Of a DNA stretch of 64,000 nucleotides, positions 11,236 to 19,731 are shown in pieces. Position 1 is the first letter of the stretch, and each line of letters opens with the position of its first letter. The notes beneath the pieces are model-generated. The model was not told the origin of the DNA. It did no database searches and saw nothing but the letters and a program-made list of their open reading frames with translations. Both the position numbers and the translations under genes were made by a program. The stretch comes from an uncultured Hyphomonas sp. (lineage in GTDB: Bacteria; Pseudomonadota; Alphaproteobacteria; Caulobacterales; Hyphomonadaceae). Location of the stretch: contig CAYPDA010000004.1 in assembly GCA_964409375.1 (NCBI GenBank), forward strand, positions 4,926-68,925, read 5' to 3'.

Positions 11236-11874
11236 ATGGCGAAGATCTTCATCTCATACCGGCGCGAGGACAGCCAACATGCGGTCGACAGGCTGCACGG
11301 CGCGCTGAAGCCGCATGTCGGCAATCCCCGCGCCGATATCTTCATCGATATCGACAACATCCCGTATGGGGTGGACTTCCGGGAACATCTGGATGAGCGC
11401 GTGTCGCAATGCGAGGTCCTGCTCGCGGTAATCGGGCGTGGCTGGGTGACGGCCCGGGCCGAGGATGGCCGCCGGCGGCTCGACAATCCGAGGGATTTCG
11501 TGCGGATCGAGATCGCCTCGGCGCTCGCTAGGGGCATTCCGGTGGTGCCGGTCCTGATCGATGGGGCGCCCGTCCCGGCGAAAGAGGAGCTTCCGGACGA
11601 TCTGAAGCCACTGGCTGACCGCAATGGCATTCCGGTGAACCGGATGAGCTTCGAGACAGATGTGGCGCGCCTCGTGCGCGGCCTGCCGGTCCAGCTTAAG
11701 GGCCGCAGGCCTGTAACACCGAAGCCCGCTGCTACGAAAAACCAGGCAGATGGCCCTTCGCGCGGGCCGCTGCTGGCGGGGATTGCGGCGGTGGTCCTGC
11801 TGCTGGGTACCGGGGGGCGGCATGCTGACGGGCGGGGCGCGGGAGGAGGCGGTTGTGCCTGCACCGGTGCCTGA
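11236..11874 (+). CDS. TIR_2 domain plus transmembrane helix (5' part of a frameshifted TIR-TM-PG-binding-FGE gene)
   Basis: KIFISYRREDS, DIPxGxDF-like NIPYGVDF, LLAVIGRGW, DFVRIEI (catalytic Glu), VVPVL; hydrophobic LLAGIAAVVLLLG just before the G6 run. Confidence 0.88.
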   Translation: MAKIFISYRREDSQHAVDRLHGALKPHVGNPRADIFIDIDNIPYGVDFREHLDERVSQCEVLLAVIGRGWVTARAEDGRRRLDNPRDFVRIEIASALARGIPVVPVLIDGAPVPAKEELPDDLKPLADRNGIPVNRMSFETDVARLVRGLPVQLKGRRPVTPKPAATKNQADGPSRGPLLAGIAAVVLLLGTGGRHADGRGAGGGGCACTGA

Positions 11875-13198
11875 CGTGGGTCTCGCCGATGTGGCGGAGC
11901 CGGCGGCTCCTGCGGGGGCGGCAGAACGGGAGGCAGAGCTGCTGCCTGCAGGTATGGACATGGCCGCTGCTCGGCCGCCCGAACCCGCCCCTGCCACCCC
12001 GCCCGCCCCCGACCCGGTGGGCACGGCGGCGGAGCGGGCGGCGGCGATCCGGGAGTTGCAGGCGGCGCTGCGCACGCTCGGGCACTATTCCGGCATGTTG
12101 GACGGGGCGGCGGGCGTGGGTACGCAAGGGGCGCTTGCCGCCTTTGGCCGGGAGGCGCGGGTGAGCGTGCCGGGCGCGCTGGGCAGCGTTCCACTGGCGG
12201 AACTGTCGGGCCTTGTCGCCAGCGTGTCGGCGGCAGCGGCGGACTATACGCGGCGCGAGGCAGCGGCGTGGAACATCGCGCGGGGGGCGGACACGATCTC
12301 CGGCTACCGGGCCTATCTGGCAGACTTCGAGCGTGGGCCGAATGCCGGGACGGCGCGCGCGCAGATCGCGGCAATCGATGCCGCCGCGCGGCCCGGCCCG
12401 GCGCCGGCAACGGTAGCGATCACCCGCCGGGCAGGCGATGTGTTCCGGGACCGTTTCACGTCCGGCTCCGGCGAGGGGCCGAAGATGGTCGTGCTGCCAT
12501 CGGGGAGTTTCACGATGGGCTCTCCGGCAACGGAGGAGGGGCGGGCCGCTAACGAGGGCCCCCAGCGGAGTGTGCGGATAGGGTATTCGTTTGCGGTTGG
12601 GAAGTATGAGGTGACGTGGTCGGAATGGGAGGCTTGTCTGGCGGATGGGGGATGCGGCGGGCATCGGCCCTCGGATGAGGGCTGGGGCAAGGGCAACCGG
12701 CCCATGATCAATGTGAACTGGGATGAAGCGCAGTCATATGTCCAATGGCTGAGCCGGAAGACGGGTCATCGGTATCGTCTTCTGAGTGAGGCGGAGTGGG
12801 AATATGCGGCGCGGGCGGGGACGACGACGCCGTTCCATACCGGGGCGACGATCTCCACGGGCCAAGCAAACTATGACGGCAATTATACCTATGGCTCGGG
12901 TGTGAAAGGCGAGTACCGCGCGCGCACGGTTCCAGCGGGTTCCCTCCCAGCCAACGCGTTTGGGCTGCATGACATGCATGGGAATGTATGGGAGTGGACG
13001 CAGGACTGTTTGAACGGAAGCTACACGGGGGCGCCAACGGACGGCTCTGCCTGGACCACCGGAAATTGCACCGGCCGTGTGTTCCGCGGCGGTTCCTGGA
13101 GCGCCTCCCCGCAGGACCTCCGCTCGGCCTACCGCATCTGGTACATCACCACGTACCGGAGCAACCACAACGGCTTCCGCGTGGCCAGGACGCTTTAA
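11822..13198 (+). CDS. Peptidoglycan-binding domain plus formylglycine-generating-enzyme (FGE/SUMF1, CLec fold) domain (3' part of the frameshifted gene)
   Basis: ELQAALRTLGHYSGMLDGAAGVGTQGALAAF (PG_binding_1); FTMGS, EVT, PxxNVxW, YRLLSEAEWEYAARAG, NAFGLHDMHGNVWEW, RGGSW, GFRVAR. Confidence 0.9.
   Translation: MLTGGAREEAVVPAPVPDVGLADVAEPAAPAGAAEREAELLPAGMDMAAARPPEPAPATPPAPDPVGTAAERAAAIRELQAALRTLGHYSGMLDGAAGVGTQGALAAFGREARVSVPGALGSVPLAELSGLVASVSAAAADYTRREAAAWNIARGADTISGYRAYLADFERGPNAGTARAQIAAIDAAARPGPAPATVAITRRAGDVFRDRFTSGSGEGPKMVVLPSGSFTMGSPATEEGRAANEGPQRSVRIGYSFAVGKYEVTWSEWEACLADGGCGGHRPSDEGWGKGNRPMINVNWDEAQSYVQWLSRKTGHRYRLLSEAEWEYAARAGTTTPFHTGATISTGQANYDGNYTYGSGVKGEYRARTVPAGSLPANAFGLHDMHGNVWEWTQDCLNGSYTGAPTDGSAWTTGNCTGRVFRGGSWSASPQDLRSAYRIWYITTYRSNHNGFRVARTL
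13082..13198 (+). other. Candidate DGR variable repeat (VR)
   Basis: Between RGGSW and GFRVAR the non-conserved codons are almost all NNC, as expected from AAC template codons mutated only at adenines. Confidence 0.7.
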
Positions 13199-13298
13199 CA
13201 TTTTTTCCCTTTTACGGCGAAGCCGCGCCAGCGGCGAAGCGTTCTTCGGGAAACTGATCCTTGATCAATTTCTTTTCCTCATCACCCCGCGAAGCGGG
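13199..13298 (+). promoter_or_regulatory. Pyrimidine tracts plus short GAA-loop hairpins downstream of the candidate VR (DGR target-recognition-like)
   Basis: TTTTTTCCCTTTT then CGGC-GAA-GCCG (13215-13225); second tract TTTCTTTTCCTC then CCCGC-GAA-GCGGG (13286-13298). Confidence 0.55.
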
Positions 13299-13335
13299 TT
13301 CGGGTTTGCGGGTCCCTCGGGGCGCTTTCCCGTTT

Positions 13336-13438
13336 CGTCTTCCCGGTTTCGCCGGAGGCGAAGACCGGGATCCAGTTGTTCGGCGGTGCGGAGAGGGGCT
13401 GGGTCCCGGACAATCGCTTCGCGATTTCCGGGAAGACG
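13336..13438. repeat. Inverted pair of CGTC-family REP elements
   Basis: CGTCTTCCCGG...CCGGGATCCAG facing CTGGGTCCCGG...CCGGGAAGACG. Confidence 0.75.
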
Positions 13439-13457
13439 CGGTTCAGGGTACGGCCCC

Positions 13458-13539
13458 GTAGGGTGCATTAGGGCCGCAGGCCGCAATGCACCGGTCGGCG
13501 GTTGAGGTGGTGCGTTGCGCTGCGCTTGATGCACCCTAC
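13458..13539. repeat. Inverted pair of GTAG-family REP elements (REPIN)
   Basis: GTAGGGTGCAT...ATGCACC (13458-13492); reverse copy GTAGGGTGCATC...ACGCACC (13539-13509). Confidence 0.8.
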
Positions 13540-13555
13540 GGCGCACCCTCGCGCC

Positions 13556-15661
13556 CTACCGCCGCCCGCGTTTCAGATCCTCGCTCAGGCGGATCTCTTC
13601 GGGCTGGCCGGAGAGGCGGTGGCGGTAGACCTGGATGTTCTCCATCACGCGGTGGATATAGTTGCGGGTCTCGGAGAAGGGCACGAACTCGACCCAGTCG
13701 ACCGGGTCGATCTGGCCGGTGCGGGGGTCGCCATACTCGCGCACCCACTGGCTGGGGCGCGACGGGCCGGCATTATAGGCAGCGGCTGTCATGATGTAGC
13801 TGCCATTGAACCGGCTGAGCAGCGTATCGAGATGCAGGCCGCCGAGGGTCATGTTGTAGGCGGGGTCATTCGTCAGCCAGGCCTGCTCATAGGGCAGGCC
13901 GCGCAGGCGGGCCTCGGCGCGGGCGGTGGACGGCATGAACTGCATCAGGCCGAGCGCGCCGACCGGGCTGCGGGCGTTGGGATTGAACTCGCTCTCCTGG
14001 CGCGTGATCGCGAGGATGTAGGACGTCTCGACCTGCGGCTGGCGGGAGAGGGGATGGAGCAGCACGGGATAGGAGGCGCCGGTTGCGACGATGCCCCGCT
14101 GGAGGCCGGCCTTGCCGGCCCGCACAGCGGTGTCCGGCTGGCTGAAGTCATGGTTCAGCCGGGCGAGCAGTTCATACTCTTCGGGCGTGTCGAGAATGTC
14201 GTCGATATGGTGCGAGAACTCGCGGAACATGCCCATCTGGCCGGTCTCGCCGATCAGGCGCAGGGCGCGGGCGAGGGGCTTTGCCTCGAACGCCGCGGCG
14301 GTTTCCGGTGAGGGCTCGGCTGGCGGGCCGAAATCGATTATCCGGTCGCCGGTCCGCTCTGCGGCGAGCTGGCCGTAATAGGTGAACTTGAACCGGGCGG
14401 CGGCCTGGTATGCCTCGCGGGCACCGTCTGCCTGGCCAAGGGCGTCCCGGGCGCGCCCGGTCCAGTACTGGCCGCGCGCGACGCTGACCGGGGAGCCGAC
14501 GCCGGCGGTCATCGTCTCGAAATGGTTCACCGCGCGGGTCGCATCGCCGTTCAGGCGCAGGGCGATCCAGCCGGACAGCCATTCGGCCTCGGCAAAATTG
14601 GTGCCGGAAGTCATCCCGTGCGGCGAGGTCAGCTGGTAGGCGCGGGCGTAGTTCTTGTTCTTCAGGTCCTCGCGGGCGGCGAGCGCCCGCTCACCCCACA
14701 GACGGCCCCGGCCAGCGGCAGGAATATCGCGGCCGTCGATTTCAGTGAGCAGAGGGGTGGCGGTCTCGCGCAGATTGTTCGTGCGGCGCCAGCGGGCGCG
14801 CTCATACATCAGGCCGGGATTGGACTGGAGGTGACCGGGCACGGCGCGGACAAGACCGTCCACATTGCGCCCGCGTTGCATAAGGGCGAGGCGGGCATCG
14901 ACGAGGGCGCGGTAATCGGCTGAGAGTTGCGGGCGCAGAGCCTGTACTTCGCGCTGCTGGCCGGTCCAGAGCAGGAATTCGGCGCGGGCGTGGTGGTCAT
15001 CGCGGCTGAGCAGCTGGCCATGGCGGGCCAGGGCGGTGCGGGCGATCGCAGCATCGATCGTATTGCTCCGCCAGGCATCACGGATGACCTCCTGCGCGCG
15101 GTCCCGGTTGCCGCTGGCGGCGTAGGCATTGGCGAGAGCGACCTTGCCGGCGCCGGTCAGCGGGCCGGAGGCTGTCAGCCATTCGATGCGCGCGGCGGGC
15201 GAGAGATTGCTCTCATCGATGATGTCTTCCGCGCGGCGGCGCATCTGGTCGGTCTTTGGCCAGTCAGACAGCGTGCTGAGGGCGAGGTTGATTTCGTCGA
15301 AGGTCGTGCCGGGGGCGCCGTCGCTCGCGCGTTTCCACAGGATCAGGTCGCGCAGGAGCGGGCTCGGCGCCTCATATTGCATCCGGGCGACATCGATCCA
15401 GGCGCCGCGCGAGGCGGCGCTGAGCGCCATGTCGAGGAAGGCGGCCTCGGCGGAGCGTGCGGAGGACGCCGCAGATGGCATCGCCGGGGTGACGGCGTTA
15501 ACCGTCGGCATTGAGGCAGGCATTGTGCGCAGGGTGGAGGGCGGCGTGGCGGCGCCGGGCTTCAGGCTTGGGCTTTCAGGCCTTGCGGCTATCGAGGTGC
15601 CTGAAAGAAGGAAGGAAATTGCAACAAAAACAGCAGAAATTCGGATCATGGACGGGCTCAT
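13556..15661 (-). CDS. Soluble lytic murein transglycosylase (Slt70-like)
   Basis: C-terminal SLT motifs AITRQESEF, GALGLMQ, AAYNAGP, ETRNY; helical N-terminal region; divergent from dapA. Confidence 0.93.
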   Translation of the reverse strand: MSPSMIRISAVFVAISFLLSGTSIAARPESPSLKPGAATPPSTLRTMPASMPTVNAVTPAMPSAASSARSAEAAFLDMALSAASRGAWIDVARMQYEAPSPLLRDLILWKRASDGAPGTTFDEINLALSTLSDWPKTDQMRRRAEDIIDESNLSPAARIEWLTASGPLTGAGKVALANAYAASGNRDRAQEVIRDAWRSNTIDAAIARTALARHGQLLSRDDHHARAEFLLWTGQQREVQALRPQLSADYRALVDARLALMQRGRNVDGLVRAVPGHLQSNPGLMYERARWRRTNNLRETATPLLTEIDGRDIPAAGRGRLWGERALAAREDLKNKNYARAYQLTSPHGMTSGTNFAEAEWLSGWIALRLNGDATRAVNHFETMTAGVGSPVSVARGQYWTGRARDALGQADGAREAYQAAARFKFTYYGQLAAERTGDRIIDFGPPAEPSPETAAAFEAKPLARALRLIGETGQMGMFREFSHHIDDILDTPEEYELLARLNHDFSQPDTAVRAGKAGLQRGIVATGASYPVLLHPLSRQPQVETSYILAITRQESEFNPNARSPVGALGLMQFMPSTARAEARLRGLPYEQAWLTNDPAYNMTLGGLHLDTLLSRFNGSYIMTAAAYNAGPSRPSQWVREYGDPRTGQIDPVDWVEFVPFSETRNYIHRVMENIQVYRHRLSGQPEEIRLSEDLKRGRR

Positions 15662-15751
15662 CTGAGTTTATTTCTGCACCGAAGCGTGACAACTCGATCC
15701 TCTGAGCCTAGCACGCAATCCCAACCAATCCCTGAACACGGCCACCCTAAA

Positions 15752-16633
15752 ATGTTTCATGGCTCAATCCCAGCCCTTGTAACACCCTTCCGCAGCGGGG
15801 CGGTCGACCGCAAGGCGTTTGCCGCGCTGGTCGAGCGCCAGATCGCTGCCGGGTCGAGCGCGCTGGTACCCGTCGGCACGACCGGCGAGACCTCGACCCT
15901 GTCGACCGAGGAACACAAGGATGTTGTCACACTCTGCGTCGAAATCGCCGCCGGACGCGTGCCGGTCATTGCAGGCGCCGGCTCGAACGCGACCGATGAG
16001 GCGATCGATCTCGTAGCGCATGCCAAGGCAGCGGGGGCGGACGCCGCGCTGGTCGTCTGCCCGTATTACAACAAACCGAACCAGGCGGGCCTGTTTGCGC
16101 ATTTCAAGGCGATCAATGACGCCGTGGCCCTGCCGGTCTTCCTCTACAATGTGCCCGGCCGCACGGTGGTCGACCTCATGCCGCAGACCGTCGCCGCGCT
16201 CGCGGCGCTGCCCAATATAATCGGCATCAAGGATGCGAGCGACGAGATGGAGCGGGTGGCGCTGCACAGCCGGATGATCGGGCCGGAAGACCAGTTCATC
16301 CAGCTGTCTGGCGAGGATTCGAGCGCGCTGGCGCACCGCGCTATGGGCGGGTCGGGGTGTATCTCGGTGACGGCGAACGTGCTGCCGGAAGCCTGCGCCG
16401 CGATGCATGCCGCATTCGATGACGGCGACCTGGAAACCGCGCGGGCAATCAACCAGCGCCTGGTCCTCCTGCACCGCGCGATGTTCTGCTCGCCTTCGCC
16501 GGGGCCGGCGAAATATGCGCTGTCGCGCCTCGGCCTTTGCACGGATGAGGTCCGCCTGCCCGTGACAGAGCCGGACGCCGCGGCCAGGGCTCTGATCGAT
16601 GAGGCGCTGGCTGCGGCCGGCGTCCGGGTCTAG
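15752..16633 (+). CDS. dapA: 4-hydroxy-tetrahydrodipicolinate synthase
   Basis: ALVTPF, GTTGE, PYYNKP, YNVPGRT, GIKDAS. Confidence 0.96.
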   Translation: MFHGSIPALVTPFRSGAVDRKAFAALVERQIAAGSSALVPVGTTGETSTLSTEEHKDVVTLCVEIAAGRVPVIAGAGSNATDEAIDLVAHAKAAGADAALVVCPYYNKPNQAGLFAHFKAINDAVALPVFLYNVPGRTVVDLMPQTVAALAALPNIIGIKDASDEMERVALHSRMIGPEDQFIQLSGEDSSALAHRAMGGSGCISVTANVLPEACAAMHAAFDDGDLETARAINQRLVLLHRAMFCSPSPGPAKYALSRLGLCTDEVRLPVTEPDAAARALIDEALAAAGVRV

Positions 16634-16637
16634 CGCC

Positions 16638-17117
16638 GTGGCGAAGACCCCCGCCGTCAAGGGTCGCAGCGACGGCCTCGTCGCCGAGAACCGGCGCTCC
16701 CGGCGGGAATATGCCGTCGAGGATACGCTCGAGGCCGGCATCATGCTGGTCGGCTCCGAGGTGAAATCCCTGCGCGGCGGCAAGGCGAACATCGCGGAGG
16801 CTTATGCGTCGGTCGAGCAGGGGGAACTGTGGCTGATCAATGCCGAGATCCAGACCTATGCCGGCGCCAACCGGTTCAACCATGAGCCGCGCCGGAAGCG
16901 GAAGCTGCTGGTCTCGAAACGCCAGTTGTCAAAACTCTCCCAGGAGATCGAGCGCGCCGGCCGCACGATCGTGCCGCTGAAGCTCTATTTCAACGACAAG
17001 GGCCGCGCAAAACTGCTGATAGGCGTCGCGACGGGGCGCAAGGCGCATGACAAGCGCGAGCATGAGGCCAAGCGGGACTGGGCGCGTGACAAGGCGCGGA
17101 TTTTGAAAGCCAGGTGA
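16638..17117 (+). CDS. smpB: SsrA-binding protein
   Basis: [37 protein letters not shown]. Confidence 0.97.
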   Translation: MAKTPAVKGRSDGLVAENRRSRREYAVEDTLEAGIMLVGSEVKSLRGGKANIAEAYASVEQGELWLINAEIQTYAGANRFNHEPRRKRKLLVSKRQLSKLSQEIERAGRTIVPLKLYFNDKGRAKLLIGVATGRKAHDKREHEAKRDWARDKARILKAR

Positions 17118-17121
17118 GGGC

Positions 17122-17781
17122 CTATCCGACCGCCCGGCGCGCCTTTGAAAACACGTCCTCAAACATCTCTGCCGTCAGACGGCCCGTATTCGTGTTGTAG
17201 CGCGAGCAATGATAGGAAGAGAGGAGGGTGACCGGTCGGCCATTCGCCTCCACCTCATACTTTGTTCCGTGTCCGAACGGATGCGCGGAAAGCGTCAGGC
17301 CAAGCGCGCGGAGCGTGGAATCATGGCTGATCTTGCCGAGGCAGAGGAGGACCTTGAGCTTCGGCAGGGACGCAATGCGGGCGGACAGGAATGGCCGGCA
17401 CTGGTTGATCTCAGCGCCCACAGGCTTGTTCTCCGGCGGTACGCAGCGCACGGCATTGGTGATCATCGCGCCGTTGAGCCGGAGCCCGTCGCCGGGATCA
17501 GCCGCATATACGCCCTCGCTGAAGCCGAACTTGTCGAGTGTGGCATAGAGGAGGTCTCCCGCCCAGTCGCCGGTGAACGGACGGCCTGTGCGATTTGCTC
17601 CCGTCACGCCCGGAGCCAGGCCGACGATCAGGAGTTCTGCCTGATCGGATCCGAAGCTCGGCACAGCGCCATTAAACCAGCCGGGCTCTTTCGCGCGCAC
17701 GGCTTCGCGGTACGCCACCAGGCGTGGGCATAGGGGGCAATCAGGCGGGGCTTCGGGGGCGGCGGGGGTATTTCTTTTCAT
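17122..17781 (-). CDS. Uracil-DNA glycosylase, family 5 (Fe-S)
   Basis: CPLCPRL, GLAPG, GANRTGRPFTGD, RCVPPENKP, YHCSRYNTNTG. Confidence 0.92.
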   Translation of the reverse strand: MKRNTPAAPEAPPDCPLCPRLVAYREAVRAKEPGWFNGAVPSFGSDQAELLIVGLAPGVTGANRTGRPFTGDWAGDLLYATLDKFGFSEGVYAADPGDGLRLNGAMITNAVRCVPPENKPVGAEINQCRPFLSARIASLPKLKVLLCLGKISHDSTLRALGLTLSAHPFGHGTKYEVEANGRPVTLLSSYHCSRYNTNTGRLTAEMFEDVFSKARRAVG

Positions 17782-17798
17782 CCTGGCGTGCTGCTTAA

Positions 17799-17824
17799 CC
17801 CCTTCTCCCCGGGGGGAGAAGGGG
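17799..17824. repeat. Perfect inverted repeat CCCCTTCTCCCC-GG-GGGGAGAAGGGG between ggt and udg
   Basis: 12-bp arms read directly; resembles dispersed alphaproteobacterial CCC(T/C)TCTCCC palindromes. Confidence 0.6.
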
Positions 17825-17832
17825 CTTGGAGA

Positions 17833-19731
17833 TCAATATCCGTCCGCGCTGCCGTCCTTGCGCATTTCGGTGGCCGCGTGCCAGGTGCCGGTGGCGAAGT
17901 CGCGCATGATGGCCTGGTAGCCGCCATAATTGGCTTCGCAGCAGGTCACTTCATAACCGCGCTCCTCGAGTTCTGCAGCAGCGCCGGCGAGTCCGCGTTC
18001 GAGCATGACCCTGCCGGTGCCCGCACGACAGTCCGCAGTCAGAGCATCTGTCGGCTCGCATCCGCCATCATGCTCCCAGCGGGCTGCGTCACCGGCTTCC
18101 TGCAGGCCCATGCCGAAATCGACAAGGTTGGTAATGATCTGGACATGGCCCTGCGGCTGAAGTGCGCCGCCCATCAGCCCGAAGCTGAGCCAGGGCTCAT
18201 ACGGGCAGGCGAGGTCCGGCGCGGCGGCGCCGGCCTGGCAGCCGGGCAGATCCTTCCTGAAGGCGAAGGCCGGGATGATCGTGTGGAAGGGGCGTTTTCC
18301 CCCCTCGAACACATTCGGATGCTCCGGGTCCAGGCTGAACAGTTCGGCCCGGTCCTGGAACATGAAGCCCAGCCCGTCCGGCACGAGGCCCGAGCCCATG
18401 CCGCGATAGTTGGACTGGATCAACGAGACCATCATGCCGTCCTTATCGGCCACGGTCAGATAGGTCGTGTCTCCGCCGCGCAGCGCAGCGTCGGTAATTT
18501 CCGTACCCGGAGCGACCTCCGGCATGGCGCGCGTGATGTCGATGGTCTCGGCGCGCCCTGCGTTGTAGCCGGGCGCGATGAAGATCGCGGGATCGATCCC
18601 GGAGAAGGCGGGGTCGGCATAGCCCAGGGCGCGGTCCGCAAAGGCGAGGCGCTTGGCTTCGACCATTGCGGTCAACGCGTCCGGCGAGCCGAAGCCCATC
18701 TCGCCGAGGTCAAATCGTTCCAGCATTTCCAGCATCTGGAGTGCGGCGACGCCTTGTGTGTTCGGGCCGAGCTCACAGAGTTTCACCTTGCTGCGGTATT
18801 CGACGCAAAGCGGCTCGGTCCAATCGCCGGTATGGGCTGCGAAGTCGTCATAGTGCATCTTGCCGCCGAGACGCTGCAGATAGGCGGCCATGGTGCGCGC
18901 CGTCTCGCCCATGTAGAACTCGTCGCGGCCGAGTGTGCCGATACGTTCTAGCGTGCTGGCAAGATCCGGATTGCGGAACAGTGAGCCTTCGACCGGCACG
19001 GGGTCAAAATAGGTTCGCCGTGCGTTTTCATATTCTTCAAGTTCGCCGCGATCATGCGCGGGCTCGAACCGCAATGGCCCGCGCGACCAGTACCAGGCAA
19101 TCATCTCGGGGATCGGCGCGCCCTCGCGGGCGTAGGAGACTGTCGGGGCCAGATTATCCGCCATCGGAAGGCGTCCGAACTTGTCATGCAGCGCGAACCA
19201 GCCATCGACCGTGCCCGGAACGCTGACGGTGATCGTGCCATAGCGTGGCAGCTTCAGCCCGTTCTCGAATGCGTCGGCCTTGGCCCGGGCATCGGCCAGC
19301 GCGGCGCCCTTCGGCGTGCGGCCGGAGCCATTATAGCCGAAGAGTTGCTGCGTCTCCGGATCCCAGACGATGGCGTAGAGGTCGCCGCCGATACCGTTTC
19401 CGGTGGGCTCGACCAGACCCAGCATCGCATTGGCGGCGATCGCCGCGTCCACCGCCGATCCGCCCGCTTTCAGGATATCGATAGCGGTCTGTGTCGCCAG
19501 CGGATGGGCCGTCGCCGCAGCGCCGTTCGGCGCAATGATGCCAGACCGGGTCGCGATGGGGCGGCCGGAGGCGGGGCGCTGGCCGGACATGGGCCACTCG
19601 GCCGTGTCGGCGGCCCGAGGCGACGCTGGCGCAGCGTCAGTTTCGAGCGGCGTCTCCGGGACCGGCGCCGGTGTCTGCGCACAGGCGGCCATCATGAGCG
19701 CGCCAAGCGCTGCTAAAGTGTTGTATTTCAT
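17833..19731 (-). CDS. ggt: Gamma-glutamyltransferase family lipoprotein
   Basis: GGSAVDAAIAA, GIGGD, catalytic Thr in GDTTYL, SLIQSNY, KRPFHTIIP, MGG; lipobox MAAC. Confidence 0.92.
   Translation of the reverse strand: MKYNTLAALGALMMAACAQTPAPVPETPLETDAAPASPRAADTAEWPMSGQRPASGRPIATRSGIIAPNGAAATAHPLATQTAIDILKAGGSAVDAAIAANAMLGLVEPTGNGIGGDLYAIVWDPETQQLFGYNGSGRTPKGAALADARAKADAFENGLKLPRYGTITVSVPGTVDGWFALHDKFGRLPMADNLAPTVSYAREGAPIPEMIAWYWSRGPLRFEPAHDRGELEEYENARRTYFDPVPVEGSLFRNPDLASTLERIGTLGRDEFYMGETARTMAAYLQRLGGKMHYDDFAAHTGDWTEPLCVEYRSKVKLCELGPNTQGVAALQMLEMLERFDLGEMGFGSPDALTAMVEAKRLAFADRALGYADPAFSGIDPAIFIAPGYNAGRAETIDITRAMPEVAPGTEITDAALRGGDTTYLTVADKDGMMVSLIQSNYRGMGSGLVPDGLGFMFQDRAELFSLDPEHPNVFEGGKRPFHTIIPAFAFRKDLPGCQAGAAAPDLACPYEPWLSFGLMGGALQPQGHVQIITNLVDFGMGLQEAGDAARWEHDGGCEPTDALTADCRAGTGRVMLERGLAGAAAELEERGYEVTCCEANYGGYQAIMRDFATGTWHAATEMRKDGSADGY

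Noticed and set aside
13199-13550. CRISPR array or structured ncRNA in the palindrome-rich intergenic region
   Set aside because: No direct repeats with unique spacers; explained by REP pairs and short hairpins.
11100-13560. A complete DGR cassette (RT, avd, template repeat) near the candidate VR
   Set aside because: No RT motif ORF and no AAC-rich copy of the VR seen in the window; only a target can be claimed.
16638-17200. tmRNA gene or integrated element next to smpB
   Set aside because: smpB is followed within 4 nt by the convergent UDG gene; no room and no tRNA-like ends.
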